The position numbers and the translations under genes were made by a program. A stretch of DNA of 64,000 nt from an uncultured Alphaproteobacteria bacterium (GTDB lineage: Bacteria; Pseudomonadota; Alphaproteobacteria; Methylaequorales; Methylaequoraceae). The number at the start of each line of letters is the position of its first letter. The first letter of the stretch is position 1. The stretch covers positions 16,581 to 80,580 of the forward strand of contig CACBBU010000005.1 of assembly GCA_902537615.1 (NCBI GenBank), written 5' to 3'. The notes under the pieces were generated by a model. It was not told where the DNA came from. It saw only the letters and a program-made list of their open reading frames with translations, and made no database searches. Below are positions 49,231 to 58,904 of the stretch, piece after piece.

Positions 49231-49644
49231 ATGAAAAAGAATTTACATGTAAATAAAGCTTTAGATCTTCTAAAAAGCTCACCACTAAAAGTGACATCTC
49301 AAAGAACAAGATTGATTGAAATTCTTTTTAAAAACGGAGATCACCATTTTACGGCTGAAGATGTTCACAAAGAGGTTGATAAAAATAAATACAAGATTTC
49401 ACTAGCAACAATATATAATTGTCTCAATCAATTTACTAAACACGATATTCTTAAATCTGTAAGATTATCCAGTGATAAAATTTATTTTGATACTAATACC
49501 AAAGCACATCATCATTTTTTTTGTGTAAGCACAGAAAAACTTAGTGATATAAAATCTTCAGATGTAGAAATCTCAAATCTCCCAACAATACCAAAAGATA
49601 AAAAATTGAAATCAGTTGAAGTTGTCGTAAATATTTCAGATTGA
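49231..49644 (+). CDS. irr: Irr-type Fur family regulator
   Basis: HHFTAE, SLATIYNCLNQF and YFDTNT..HHHF motifs; ATG at 49231 preferred over TTG at 49207. Confidence 0.8.
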   Translation: MKKNLHVNKALDLLKSSPLKVTSQRTRLIEILFKNGDHHFTAEDVHKEVDKNKYKISLATIYNCLNQFTKHDILKSVRLSSDKIYFDTNTKAHHHFFCVSTEKLSDIKSSDVEISNLPTIPKDKKLKSVEVVVNISD

Positions 49645-49661
49645 TATTGATAATCATTATC
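49643..49661. promoter_or_regulatory. Fur box, 18/19 match
   Basis: GATATTGATAATCATTATC versus the consensus GATAATGATAATCATTATC. Confidence 0.75.
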
Positions 49662-49686
49662 TTAAATTAGAATTATTCTAATTTAA
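49662..49686. promoter_or_regulatory. Perfect 12-1-12 palindrome resembling an Irr box (ICE) or PerR box
   Basis: TTAAATTAGAAT-T-ATTCTAATTTAA; directly upstream of TTGATA-17-TATATT (49689-49717). Confidence 0.75.
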
Positions 49687-49746
49687 TGTTGATATTTTTT
49701 TTTACTTATATTATATTATTTTTTTAATTTTAATGGGAGATTATTA

Positions 49747-50160
49747 ATGTCACTTAAAGGAAGTAAAACTGAAGAAAATTTAAAAGCAGCATTTGCTGGA
49801 GAATCTCAAGCAAACAGGCGATATCTTTACTTTGCCCAAAAAGCTGATGTAGAGGGCCATAATGATGTTGCTGCTGTTTTTAGGTCTACAGCTGAAGGAG
49901 AGACTGGTCATGCTCACGGGCATCTTGAGTTTTTAGAAGAAGTCGGAGATCCTGCCACAGGAGAACCAATTGGTTCAACTTCAGAAAATTTGAAAGCTGC
50001 TATAGCCGGAGAAACCCATGAATACACAGATATGTATCCTGGTATGGCTAAGACAGCCCGAGATGAGGGTTTTGATGAAATAGCTGATTGGTTTGAAACT
50101 CTCGCTAAAGCCGAGAAGTCTCACGCCGGTAAGTTTCAAAGAACTCTAGATGACATGTAA
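49747..50160 (+). CDS. rbr: Rubrerythrin (short form, no rubredoxin domain)
   Basis: [28 protein letters not shown] and AEKSHA motifs. Confidence 0.95.
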   Translation: MSLKGSKTEENLKAAFAGESQANRRYLYFAQKADVEGHNDVAAVFRSTAEGETGHAHGHLEFLEEVGDPATGEPIGSTSENLKAAIAGETHEYTDMYPGMAKTARDEGFDEIADWFETLAKAEKSHAGKFQRTLDDM

Positions 50161-50166
50161 TAGGTA

Positions 50167-50190
50167 TTTAGGGGAGAAATCTCCCCTAAA
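50167..50190 (+). terminator. Intra-operonic GC-rich stem-loop after rbr
   Basis: TTTAGGGGAG-AAAT-CTCCCCTAAA. Confidence 0.7.
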
Positions 50191-50199
50191 ATTGTTTTT

Positions 50200-51534
50200 A
50201 TGTCAACAAAAGAAGGTAGCCTAGGAGCACCAGTCAGACATCCTATTGACTGGAACAACCCAAACTTCGTCGATGAGAAGCTCTTAGACGATGAGTTAAG
50301 ACGTGTATTTGATATTTGTCACGGATGCAGAAGGTGCTTCAATCTTTGTGAAAGTTTTCCAAAACTTTTTGATTTTATTGATGAGTCTAAATCAGGAGAG
50401 CTAGACACTGTTTCAAGCGATAAATTCAAAGATGTTGTAGATGCCTGCACTCTGTGCGATATGTGTTTCTTGACCAAATGTCCATACGTTCCTCCACATG
50501 AATTTAACATTGATTTTCCCCATCTGATGTTAAGATATAGAGTTACAGAAAGGAACAAAGGTAAGAACAAATTAGTTGATGATCAACTTACGAAAACAGA
50601 TAGAAACGGTAAGTTTTTTTCTAAATTTTCAAACCTTGCTAATTGGTCAACTAAAACGTCTAATAAGGTCACAAGGCCAATTATGGAAATGCTGCTTAAG
50701 ATTGATAAAGAAGCAGAATTACCAAAGTTTTACAAGAAAACATTAATTGATCAATTTAATAAAAATGATGATGTTGCTAAAACTAATAAGACCAAAGTAG
50801 TTATTTTTCCAACTTGCTTCGTAAATTATAATAACCCCAGTTTGGGTTTTATTGCAAAAAAAGTACTGGATAAATTAGAAATTTATAATGAATTTTTTTA
50901 TGATGGATGTTGTGGTATGCCCCAACTCGAAGGAGGAGATATAGAATCAGTATCACAAAAAGCTTCATCTACTAGTTTAAAATTAAAAAAATTTATTGAT
51001 GAAGGATATACAGTCTTATCAATTGTTCCCTCATGCACGTTAATGCTCAAATTTGAATGGCCACTACTTTTACCAAAAAATATTAATGTAAAAACTCTAT
51101 CAGAAAAAACTAAAGATATTTGTGAGTTTATTGTTGATAATATTGATGATAAAAATAAACATCTTCTTAAACCAGTAGATAAGGAAAATAATGTGTCTCT
51201 TCACATCTCCTGTCATTCGCGTGCTCAAAATATAGGACAAAAAGCAACAGAATTACTGAAACTTATTCCAGAAATAAAGTTAGATGTTATTGAAAGATGC
51301 TCTGGCCACGGAGGATCTTGGGGGGTAAAGAAAAATAATTTTGAGATGGCGATCAAAGTTGGAAAGCCAGTAGCACGAAAAGTGATTCAATTTGAAAATG
51401 AGTATGTTGTTTCTGAGTGTCCCCTTGCAGGCACCCACATACAGCAAGGTGTAAATAAAATTGATAATTCCAGAAATGTTAAAGTATTATCCCACCCTTT
51501 GGAAATCCTCGCTAAATCAATGTCAATAGAGTAA
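50200..51534 (+). CDS. Rubrerythrin-associated Fe-S oxidoreductase (GlpC/HdrD-like)
   Basis: CHGCRRCFNLC, CTLCDMC...CP, CCGMP and CSGH motifs. Confidence 0.9.
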   Translation: MSTKEGSLGAPVRHPIDWNNPNFVDEKLLDDELRRVFDICHGCRRCFNLCESFPKLFDFIDESKSGELDTVSSDKFKDVVDACTLCDMCFLTKCPYVPPHEFNIDFPHLMLRYRVTERNKGKNKLVDDQLTKTDRNGKFFSKFSNLANWSTKTSNKVTRPIMEMLLKIDKEAELPKFYKKTLIDQFNKNDDVAKTNKTKVVIFPTCFVNYNNPSLGFIAKKVLDKLEIYNEFFYDGCCGMPQLEGGDIESVSQKASSTSLKLKKFIDEGYTVLSIVPSCTLMLKFEWPLLLPKNINVKTLSEKTKDICEFIVDNIDDKNKHLLKPVDKENNVSLHISCHSRAQNIGQKATELLKLIPEIKLDVIERCSGHGGSWGVKKNNFEMAIKVGKPVARKVIQFENEYVVSECPLAGTHIQQGVNKIDNSRNVKVLSHPLEILAKSMSIE

Positions 51535-51542
51535 AAGGAGAA

Positions 51543-52136
51543 ATGATGAAAAAATTTGATATTAAGGAAGACGATGTAATTAACATTGATAAGTACATTA
51601 ACGAAAGACCAAAGATAAAAAAGGAAATATCTGAAATTAAAAAATTTAGGAGAATTCCAGTAGGTCCCTATGCTACTTTTTATTTTGAATGCTACGACAC
51701 TATGATTTATCAAGTTCAAGAGATGCTTTATATAGAAAGAGGCGGTGTTGAGCAAATGAGAGATGAGTTGAAAGCATATAACCCACTTGTTCCAAAAGGA
51801 GAGGAGCTTGTTGCAACTTTAATGTTTGAAATTGATAATGAATTTAAAAGAAAAGAATTTTTAAGTTCAGTTGGTGGTATTGAGAATGAAACATTCATCC
51901 AAATAGGTGAACACAAAATTATGTCAAGACCAGAGCAAGATACTGATAGAACAAGCGAAGATGGTAAGGCGTCTTCGGTTCATTTTTTACATTTTGATTT
52001 TACTGAAGATCTTATCAAAGAGTTTATTAAAGACGAAAGTATTGTATTTTTAGGTTTTAATCATAAAAATTATAAGCATTTTAGTGAGTTATCTTTTGAA
52101 GTTAAAAGTGAATTAAAAAAAGACTTTAACATCTAA
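51543..52136 (+). CDS. DUF3501 family protein
   Basis: QVQEML, AYNPLVP, ATLMFE and KASSVHFL motifs; third gene of the rbr cluster. Confidence 0.88.
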   Translation: MMKKFDIKEDDVINIDKYINERPKIKKEISEIKKFRRIPVGPYATFYFECYDTMIYQVQEMLYIERGGVEQMRDELKAYNPLVPKGEELVATLMFEIDNEFKRKEFLSSVGGIENETFIQIGEHKIMSRPEQDTDRTSEDGKASSVHFLHFDFTEDLIKEFIKDESIVFLGFNHKNYKHFSELSFEVKSELKKDFNI

Positions 52137-52140
52137 TTAA

Positions 52141-52608
52141 TCAGTTGATTCCCCATAAACTTTTTTTTGGAACCCAACCTTTAATTTTTTCACTTGTTAC
52201 CATACACCATTTTTTTCTACACTTATCTAATTTTAAAATAAAGTTATTTTTCACGAATGCTAATACCTTTGAGTTATAGTTTGGAAATTTTAAAATTTTC
52301 TCTGAGTCCTTAATTACAATTACATAAGAGTCGCTTGAAAGTTGAGTTTTTGAAACCCACCCTTTATTGTCATCAAAATCAATTACACGATACCAATTTT
52401 CAAATTTTTCAATAATAAGCAAAGGATACCCTTTTTTAAGAATTTTAAAAAGTATTAGATTATTAAGTCCAGGACCATTTCGCACATTAACTTCGTTGTA
52501 ACGAGTGGTTAAATATTTATTTTTTTTCGAAGCAACAACTTCATTAAATGTTATAATTAACATTATAAACGAAATTATTATGAATTTTAAACACATAAAA
52601 GTTCTCAT
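52141..52608 (-). CDS. SH3-domain protein (start uncertain)
   Basis: VNVRNGPG, WYRV..GWV and WC..GWV..LWG motifs. Confidence 0.85.
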   Translation of the reverse strand: MRTFMCLKFIIISFIMLIITFNEVVASKKNKYLTTRYNEVNVRNGPGLNNLILFKILKKGYPLLIIEKFENWYRVIDFDDNKGWVSKTQLSSDSYVIVIKDSEKILKFPNYNSKVLAFVKNNFILKLDKCRKKWCMVTSEKIKGWVPKKSLWGIN

Positions 52609-53563
52609 AACTAGGAAATTACCAGAAAAAATAGAAAAAAAGCTAGAAGAAAATTTTTCAGTTGTTACAAATAAAAATGATAAAAAATATTCTTATAAAG
52701 ATCTTAAAAAAAAGATTGAAGATGTAGATATTTTGATTCCATGTATCTCAGATACAATAGACGCATCAATTATAAAAGCAGGGAAAAAACTTAAGCTAAT
52801 TTCTAACTTTGGTAATGGTGTAGATAATTTAGATTTAATTACAGCTAGTGAAAGAAAAATAAAAGTAACAAATACGCCAGATGTTCTTACTGATGACACC
52901 GCTGATGTAGTTTTAACAATGCTTCTCATGATTTGTAGAAAAATTTTAGTTGCAAGGGAAAGAATAATTAAAGGCGAATGGAATGGATGGGGTCCAAGTG
53001 AAACACTTGGAGAGAGAGTTTTGGGAAAAAAATTAGGTATTATAGGTATGGGAAGAATTGGATTAGCCGTAGCAAAAAGATTGAAAGTTCTTGGAATGGA
53101 GATTCATTATCACAATAGAAAAAAATTAAATAAAAAGATTGAAAAAAAATATGAAGCAAAGTACTGGAAAAATTTAGATGAAATGCTTGGGCATATTGAT
53201 GTACTTTCAATTCATTGTCCATATACTCCTGAAACTTTTCATTTACTATCAAAGAGAAGATTAAGGTTACTAAATAAAAACTGCATTGTCATTAATACCT
53301 CAAGAGGTGAAATAATTGACGAGGAATCTCTAGCTGAGCTTCTTTTTAAACGAAAAATTGGTGGTGCGGGGCTTGACGTATTTGAACATGAACCACAAAT
53401 CACACAAAAACTTTTTGAATCAGATAATGTTATTTTACTTCCTCACATCAGTTCCGCAACAAGTCAAAGCCGGATAGCAATGGGCGAGAGGGTGCTCAAA
53501 AATATTACATTTTTTGTCAAAGGAACCTCCCTTCCTGACTTAGTAGTAAAAACAAAAGATTAA
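52580..53563 (+). CDS. D-2-hydroxyacid dehydrogenase (glyoxylate reductase type)
   Basis: NTPDVLT, GMGRIG, NTSRG, DVFEHEP and PHI motifs; ATG at 52580 preferred. Confidence 0.9.
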   Translation: MNFKHIKVLITRKLPEKIEKKLEENFSVVTNKNDKKYSYKDLKKKIEDVDILIPCISDTIDASIIKAGKKLKLISNFGNGVDNLDLITASERKIKVTNTPDVLTDDTADVVLTMLLMICRKILVARERIIKGEWNGWGPSETLGERVLGKKLGIIGMGRIGLAVAKRLKVLGMEIHYHNRKKLNKKIEKKYEAKYWKNLDEMLGHIDVLSIHCPYTPETFHLLSKRRLRLLNKNCIVINTSRGEIIDEESLAELLFKRKIGGAGLDVFEHEPQITQKLFESDNVILLPHISSATSQSRIAMGERVLKNITFFVKGTSLPDLVVKTKD

Positions 53564-53564
53564 G

Positions 53565-54323
53565 TTATCTTCTGCAAACTTTACACTTAGGATCTCTTTG
53601 AATTTTAATTTTTTGAAAGTTTCTTTCAAAGGTATCAAATAAGATTAGTTCCTGAAAAATTTTTTGAGACGAAGAAATTATTAATTTTACCGTTAACATA
53701 GCCTGAAGTACTCCACCAAAACCAGCAACTGGTGCCAGTATTCCTTGTTCATCACAGCTTTGATCATTGGTATTCTGAGTTTTTGGAAAGATACAGTTGT
53801 AACATGGATATTTTCCTTTTTTCCACGACGAAAAAACTGATGCTTGCAAATCAAAATTTTGAAGGGCTGCACTCACCAGTATTTTTTTCTTTTTAAAACA
53901 ATATTCGTTTATCAAGTATCTTGATTTAAAATTATCTGTACAATCAAGTATTACTCTGTATTTAGACAAATAACTATCTATATTATTTTTTTTAATTTTT
54001 TTTTTACAAATTTTTATTTTTGACTCTGGATTGATCTCTTGTAAATTTTTCTTGAGTATATCAACTTTGTGTTTTCCTATGTCTTTTTCATAGAATAGCG
54101 TTTGCCTATTTAAATTACTCAAATTAACTAGGTCGTTATCTATAAGCATTAAATTTCCAACTCCGGTCATGGAGAGATACTGTGCAGCTGATGAGCCTAA
54201 GCCCCCACAGCCAACTATGCAAACAGAGGAGGAAAAAATTTTTTTTTGACCTGTTATACCAATCTTTTCAATTATTATTTGACGAGAGTATTTTTCGGTT
54301 TGTTTGTCAGTAAGTTTAAACAT
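53565..54323 (-). CDS. moeB: MoeB/ThiF family adenylyltransferase
   Basis: YSRQ, GCGGLG, SNLNRQ, DCTDN and two CxxC motifs. Confidence 0.85.
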   Translation of the reverse strand: MFKLTDKQTEKYSRQIIIEKIGITGQKKIFSSSVCIVGCGGLGSSAAQYLSMTGVGNLMLIDNDLVNLSNLNRQTLFYEKDIGKHKVDILKKNLQEINPESKIKICKKKIKKNNIDSYLSKYRVILDCTDNFKSRYLINEYCFKKKKILVSAALQNFDLQASVFSSWKKGKYPCYNCIFPKTQNTNDQSCDEQGILAPVAGFGGVLQAMLTVKLIISSSQKIFQELILFDTFERNFQKIKIQRDPKCKVCRR

Positions 54324-55270
54324 TAAGATTCATTAAAAAGTTCAGTTGATAAGTATCGTTCAGCGAACGAAGGAATAATTATAACACTACAAAGATCTTG
54401 CATTTCCTTTCTTTCATGGATTTCTATCGCTGCGGCAATGACTGCACCAGTGGATATTCCGCCTGGAATCCCTTCGCATCTAGCTAATTCTCTTGAAAAA
54501 AAGAAAGCCGAATTATTGCTTATTGAAAGTGTCTCATCAATAATATTTACATCTAAATTTTTTGGAATAAACCCAGCACCTATACCCTGAATTGAATGCG
54601 AGCCTGGTTCTCGGCCACTAATTACAGCCGAGTCTTCTGGTTCAACAGCAATAATTTTAATATTTTTATTCTTTTCTTTTAAAAATGTCCCAACCCCAGA
54701 AATTGTTCCACCTGTTCCTACACCTGATATTAAACTATCAATTTTACCATCAACACCATCCCATATTTCTTTTGCTGTTGTATTATAGTGTATAGATGGA
54801 TTAGCTTTATTTGAAAATTGATCAAGTATTATACTATTAGGTATATTTTTATTAATTTGTTTTGCTTTGTCAATTGCACCAAACATTCCTAATTCTTTGG
54901 GTGTAAGAATAATTTTAGCTCCAAAAAAATTAAGCATTTTTTTCCTTTCTAAAGACATACTTGAAGGCATTGTTAAAATTAGCTTATAGCCTCTGGTTGC
55001 ACACACAAATGCCAATGCAATTCCTGTATTTCCAGATGTAGGCTCAATGATAGTCGTTTCAGAATCTACTTTTTTTTCCTTTTCAGCCCGATTAATCATT
55101 GCTAAACCGATTCTATCTTTTACGGATCCAAGAGGGTTAAAGAATTCTAGTTTAGCAACAATTTGACCATTTAATTTAAATTTTTTTTTTAGATTTGTTA
55201 GCCTAACTAGTGGTGTATTTCCAATAGTTTGGTCAATAGAGTCAAAAACTTTTTTATTTTTAAATGACAA
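54323..55270 (-). CDS. cysK: Cysteine synthase A
   Basis: SVKDRI, EPTSGNTG, GTGGT and ERYLST motifs. Confidence 0.95.
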   Translation of the reverse strand: MSFKNKKVFDSIDQTIGNTPLVRLTNLKKKFKLNGQIVAKLEFFNPLGSVKDRIGLAMINRAEKEKKVDSETTIIEPTSGNTGIALAFVCATRGYKLILTMPSSMSLERKKMLNFFGAKIILTPKELGMFGAIDKAKQINKNIPNSIILDQFSNKANPSIHYNTTAKEIWDGVDGKIDSLISGVGTGGTISGVGTFLKEKNKNIKIIAVEPEDSAVISGREPGSHSIQGIGAGFIPKNLDVNIIDETLSISNNSAFFFSRELARCEGIPGGISTGAVIAAAIEIHERKEMQDLCSVIIIPSFAERYLSTELFNES

Positions 55271-55700
55271 AGTCTACTTTCTTATTATTACTATCTTTAT
55301 TTTTTTGCTTGTATTGAGTATATACATCTTCAACTGAAATTTTGTCCAAATAAACCATTGATTCTTCAAGAAATTTTTGAATCATTGGTTGGATAATTAT
55401 CTTGGAAATTTTTGATTTATATAGGTCATTAACCTCCTTTCCTTTTGTAACAGGTTTAATGATATCTAAAATTTTAATTTTTCTTCTTTCCTTTGCTAAA
55501 CGATATCCTCCTCTAGGTCCTCTAGAAGCGACTAAAATATTATTTTTTACCAAAATTTGAAGAGTTTGTTCTAAATATCTTTTTGGAATACCTTGTCTTT
55601 TTGCTATAGCTACATTTTGAACTGGATTAACTCCCGCATTTAGAGCAATATCTAAAACAGCTTCAATTGCGTATATGATTCTTTTTTGTATTTTGAACAA
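55260..55700 (-). CDS. Rrf2 family regulator (CymR-like, no Cys)
   Basis: RYLEQ and SRGPRGGYRLA motifs; upstream of cysK. Confidence 0.88.
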   Translation of the reverse strand: MFKIQKRIIYAIEAVLDIALNAGVNPVQNVAIAKRQGIPKRYLEQTLQILVKNNILVASRGPRGGYRLAKERRKIKILDIIKPVTKGKEVNDLYKSKISKIIIQPMIQKFLEESMVYLDKISVEDVYTQYKQKNKDSNNKKVDFVI

Positions 55701-55710
55701 ACTACCCCAC

Positions 55711-56157
55711 TCAATCTAGGCCGGTTGAACCAAATCCCCCTTTATCTCTAACTGTTTTAGAAAGATTTTCTGATTCAATTATTTCTATTTCGGGAAGTTT
55801 TTGAAAAATAATTTGCGCAATTCTCATACCTCTTTCAACATTAAAATTCTTCTTACCATGATTTATCAATATAACTCCTACCTCTCCTCTATAATCTGAG
55901 TCAATTGTTCCGGGTGAATTTAAAACTGTAACTTGATTTTTTAAAGCAATTCCTGACCTTGGTCTTACCTGAGCTTCAAATGTACTAGGCAGTTCTAAGG
56001 AGAAACCGCAAGGAATTAAGAGGCTTTCATTAGGTTTAAGTGACTTTTTATCAGCTATTGCTGCAACTAAGTCAAATCCAGCGCTTCCCAATGTAGCTTT
56101 CTGAAGTTTGTAAAGACTTTTTCCGTTTTCCAGAGTCTTAAATAGGATTTTATTCAT
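55711..56157 (-). CDS. dut: dUTP diphosphatase
   Basis: SAGFDL, RPRSG, GTIDSDYRGE and GGFGSTG motifs; ATG at 56157 preferred. Confidence 0.95.
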   Translation of the reverse strand: MNKILFKTLENGKSLYKLQKATLGSAGFDLVAAIADKKSLKPNESLLIPCGFSLELPSTFEAQVRPRSGIALKNQVTVLNSPGTIDSDYRGEVGVILINHGKKNFNVERGMRIAQIIFQKLPEIEIIESENLSKTVRDKGGFGSTGLD

Positions 56158-56161
56158 AATT

Positions 56162-57364
56162 TTATAACTTATAGTTTTTAAAAAAAGAAACAATTTTTTT
56201 TACTAGTTTTCTGGCCACAAGTTTTTTTGTCATAACTTTCCATTCTTTGATATTATTTTTTTCAATAAAAAAGACTTTATTTTTTTCAGATTTGAAGCCA
56301 TATTTTTCATCAATCTTATTAGCAAGCATCCAGTCACATTGCTTAACTTTAAACTTTCTTTCTGAATTTTTTAATAAATTTTCTGTTTCAGCTGAAAAAC
56401 CTACAACAAGCTTCGGTCTTTTTTTGTGAGTACTTATTGATTTCAGCACATCCCTATTTTGTTTAAAATGAAAACTTGTAACTGCTGAATTTTTTTTTAA
56501 CTTACTTTGCGAAATTTTTTTAGCCTTCCAATCTGAGATTGCTGCGACGGAAATATAAATATCAACTGGAAGCTTTTCCAGTGATTTCTGCAAAAATTCT
56601 TCGCTAGACTCTACAGAAATAAACTCTACATTTGATGGAGGTAAGAGTTTTGTTGGACCACTAATTAAGATAGTTTTTGCACCAAAAAATGATAATGACT
56701 CTGCAATTTCGTATCCTTGTAGTCCTGAAGAAAAGTTACCTATAAATCTTATTGGGTCAATTTTTTCAATTGATGGACCTGCAGTAACAATTGCGGTTCT
56801 TCCGCGAAGCTTTTTTTCTGCAAAGAAAAGGTTTAAATTATCTACAATTAGATCTACATCCATAAGCTTTCCTTTTCCCTCAGTTCTACACGCTAATTTT
56901 CCAGATTGAGGTGATAAGATAGTTATGCCGATTTTTTTTAATGTATAAAGGTTATTTTTCACAGCTTTATTTTGCCACATATTGGTATTCATTGCAGGTG
57001 CAACCATCTTGGGTTTATTAGATGCGAGCATAACGTTTGTAGCGAGATCATCAGCTACACCATTAGAAATTTTTGAAATAAAGTTAGCTGTGCATGGTGC
57101 TACTAAAATAATATCAGTATCAGTTGCAAGTTTAATATGATTCATATTTTTTTCCTGATCAAGGGTAAATAAGTTTGATTTAACTTTTTTTCCTAGCAAA
57201 CTTTCAAATGTGATCACTTTTATGAATTCCTGTGCATTTGAAGTTAATACACATTCAACATGGCTTTCTTTTTCCTGAAGTTTTCTTATTAGATCTAAAG
57301 CCTTATAACAAGCAATTCCTCCAGTAACAATTAGAAGAATTTTTTTATTTTTAAGAAGGTTCAT
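56162..57364 (-). CDS. coaBC: Phosphopantothenoylcysteine decarboxylase/ligase
   Basis: GGIACYK, PAMNTNMW, DPIRFI.N.SSG and VGFSAET motifs. Confidence 0.95.
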   Translation of the reverse strand: MNLLKNKKILLIVTGGIACYKALDLIRKLQEKESHVECVLTSNAQEFIKVITFESLLGKKVKSNLFTLDQEKNMNHIKLATDTDIILVAPCTANFISKISNGVADDLATNVMLASNKPKMVAPAMNTNMWQNKAVKNNLYTLKKIGITILSPQSGKLACRTEGKGKLMDVDLIVDNLNLFFAEKKLRGRTAIVTAGPSIEKIDPIRFIGNFSSGLQGYEIAESLSFFGAKTILISGPTKLLPPSNVEFISVESSEEFLQKSLEKLPVDIYISVAAISDWKAKKISQSKLKKNSAVTSFHFKQNRDVLKSISTHKKRPKLVVGFSAETENLLKNSERKFKVKQCDWMLANKIDEKYGFKSEKNKVFFIEKNNIKEWKVMTKKLVARKLVKKIVSFFKNYKL

Positions 57365-58083
57365 TGTTTTTTAGAAATATGAATTGCAGCTACACCATCA
57401 ATAATATCAATAACTTTAATAGTTTTGAATCCTGCTTCTGTTAATTTTTTTGTAAGCTCTATTTGGTTCGGAAAATTAATTATGCTTTCAACTAAATATT
57501 CATATGCAATTTTATTGTTTGCGAATAACAAACCAAGATTAGGAATGACTTTATAATAAGCCTTAATAACTTCTCTAAAAATTGGGTTGTTTGCTTCACT
57601 GAACTCAAGACAGATAAAAGTTCCCTCCTTTTTTAAAACTCTATTAATTTGTTTAAGAGATTCTGGAATATCGTTAAAATTTCTTAATCCAAAACTTACA
57701 ATTACATAATCAAAAATAGATTTTTTAAAAGGCAAGTTTTCAGCAGTACCATAAATATAAAACGGTGAAGCAGAATCAATTTTTTTTTTTGCTAACTCCA
57801 ACATTTTTATATTAGCGTCAAGTGCTATACATTTACAATCATATTTCTCCTTTATTTTTTTTGAAATATCCCCTGAACCTGATGCAAGATCAAGAACTAA
57901 AGAATCTTTGTAAATTTTCAGAAGTGAAATAACTTCATTTTTCCAAACTCTATGTAAACCAAAACTCATCACATCATTCATAAAGTCATATTTACTGGAA
58001 ACGCTTGAAAAAACTTGATCTACAAATTCTTTTTTCATATTTTTTTTAGTGTTTTTTATTTTTTTTAAGTTAATATCGGACAT
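57361..58083 (-). CDS. ubiE: Ubiquinone/menaquinone methyltransferase
   Basis: YDFMNDVMSFGLHR.WK, FGLRN and YLVESI motifs. Confidence 0.92.
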   Translation of the reverse strand: MSDINLKKIKNTKKNMKKEFVDQVFSSVSSKYDFMNDVMSFGLHRVWKNEVISLLKIYKDSLVLDLASGSGDISKKIKEKYDCKCIALDANIKMLELAKKKIDSASPFYIYGTAENLPFKKSIFDYVIVSFGLRNFNDIPESLKQINRVLKKEGTFICLEFSEANNPIFREVIKAYYKVIPNLGLLFANNKIAYEYLVESIINFPNQIELTKKLTEAGFKTIKVIDIIDGVAAIHISKKQ

Positions 58084-58903
58084 GCCAGAGTTACCTGAGG
58101 TAGAGACTGTGAGATGTTTTTTAGAGTCTCACGTTGTTGGAAAAAAAATTCAAAAAATTTTAACGGTCAACGAAAAATTAAGATATAAAATCCCTCCAAA
58201 TTTAAATTTAAGTTTACAAAATTTGATAATAGCAAAAATTTTAAGAAGGGGTAAATATTTAATACTTTTATTTAAGGATTCTAAGTTTAGTTTATTAATA
58301 CATTTAGGTATGACTGGTTATTTTCGTTTGAATGATAAACTTAACAAAAAAAAACATGACCATATAATTTTTTTTCTGGAAAAAAAAATTCTCATATTCA
58401 ATGATATAAGAAAATTCGGGTTTATAAAAATTTTTTGTAATGATGAGGTTTTCTGTTCATCCCATTTAAAAAATATAGGGGTTGAGCCATTAAGTGAAGA
58501 ATTTAATTTGGATTACTTCAATTTTTTCAAAAAAAGAACTGTTGATTTAAAAGGTTTGTTAATGAATCAATCTTTTGTAGCAGGTTTAGGAAATATATAT
58601 TGTTCAGAGATTCTTTATGATGCAAGGGTCAATCCTCTTAGAAAAACTTACTCTTTAAAAAAGTTTGAAAGACTAAATATAATTAAATCTACCAAAAAGA
58701 TTTTAAATAAATCTATATCTTGCGGGGGTACAACTATAAAAAACTTTATTGTTTCTGAGGAGAAAATTGGGTACTTTAAAAATAAGTTAAAAGTTTATTC
58801 TAGAGATAAAAAAAATTGTTTGAGATGTCTGAAAGGAGTATTTATTAAAAAAGTTAAACAAAACGGTAGATCAACTTTTTTTTGCGAAAATTGTCAAAAA
58901 TAA
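58082..58903 (+). CDS. mutM: Formamidopyrimidine-DNA glycosylase
   Basis: Must start MPELPEVE (ATG at 58082); HLGMTG, GLGNIY and C-terminal zinc finger. Confidence 0.95.
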   Translation: MPELPEVETVRCFLESHVVGKKIQKILTVNEKLRYKIPPNLNLSLQNLIIAKILRRGKYLILLFKDSKFSLLIHLGMTGYFRLNDKLNKKKHDHIIFFLEKKILIFNDIRKFGFIKIFCNDEVFCSSHLKNIGVEPLSEEFNLDYFNFFKKRTVDLKGLLMNQSFVAGLGNIYCSEILYDARVNPLRKTYSLKKFERLNIIKSTKKILNKSISCGGTTIKNFIVSEEKIGYFKNKLKVYSRDKKNCLRCLKGVFIKKVKQNGRSTFFCENCQK

Positions 58904-58904
58904 A

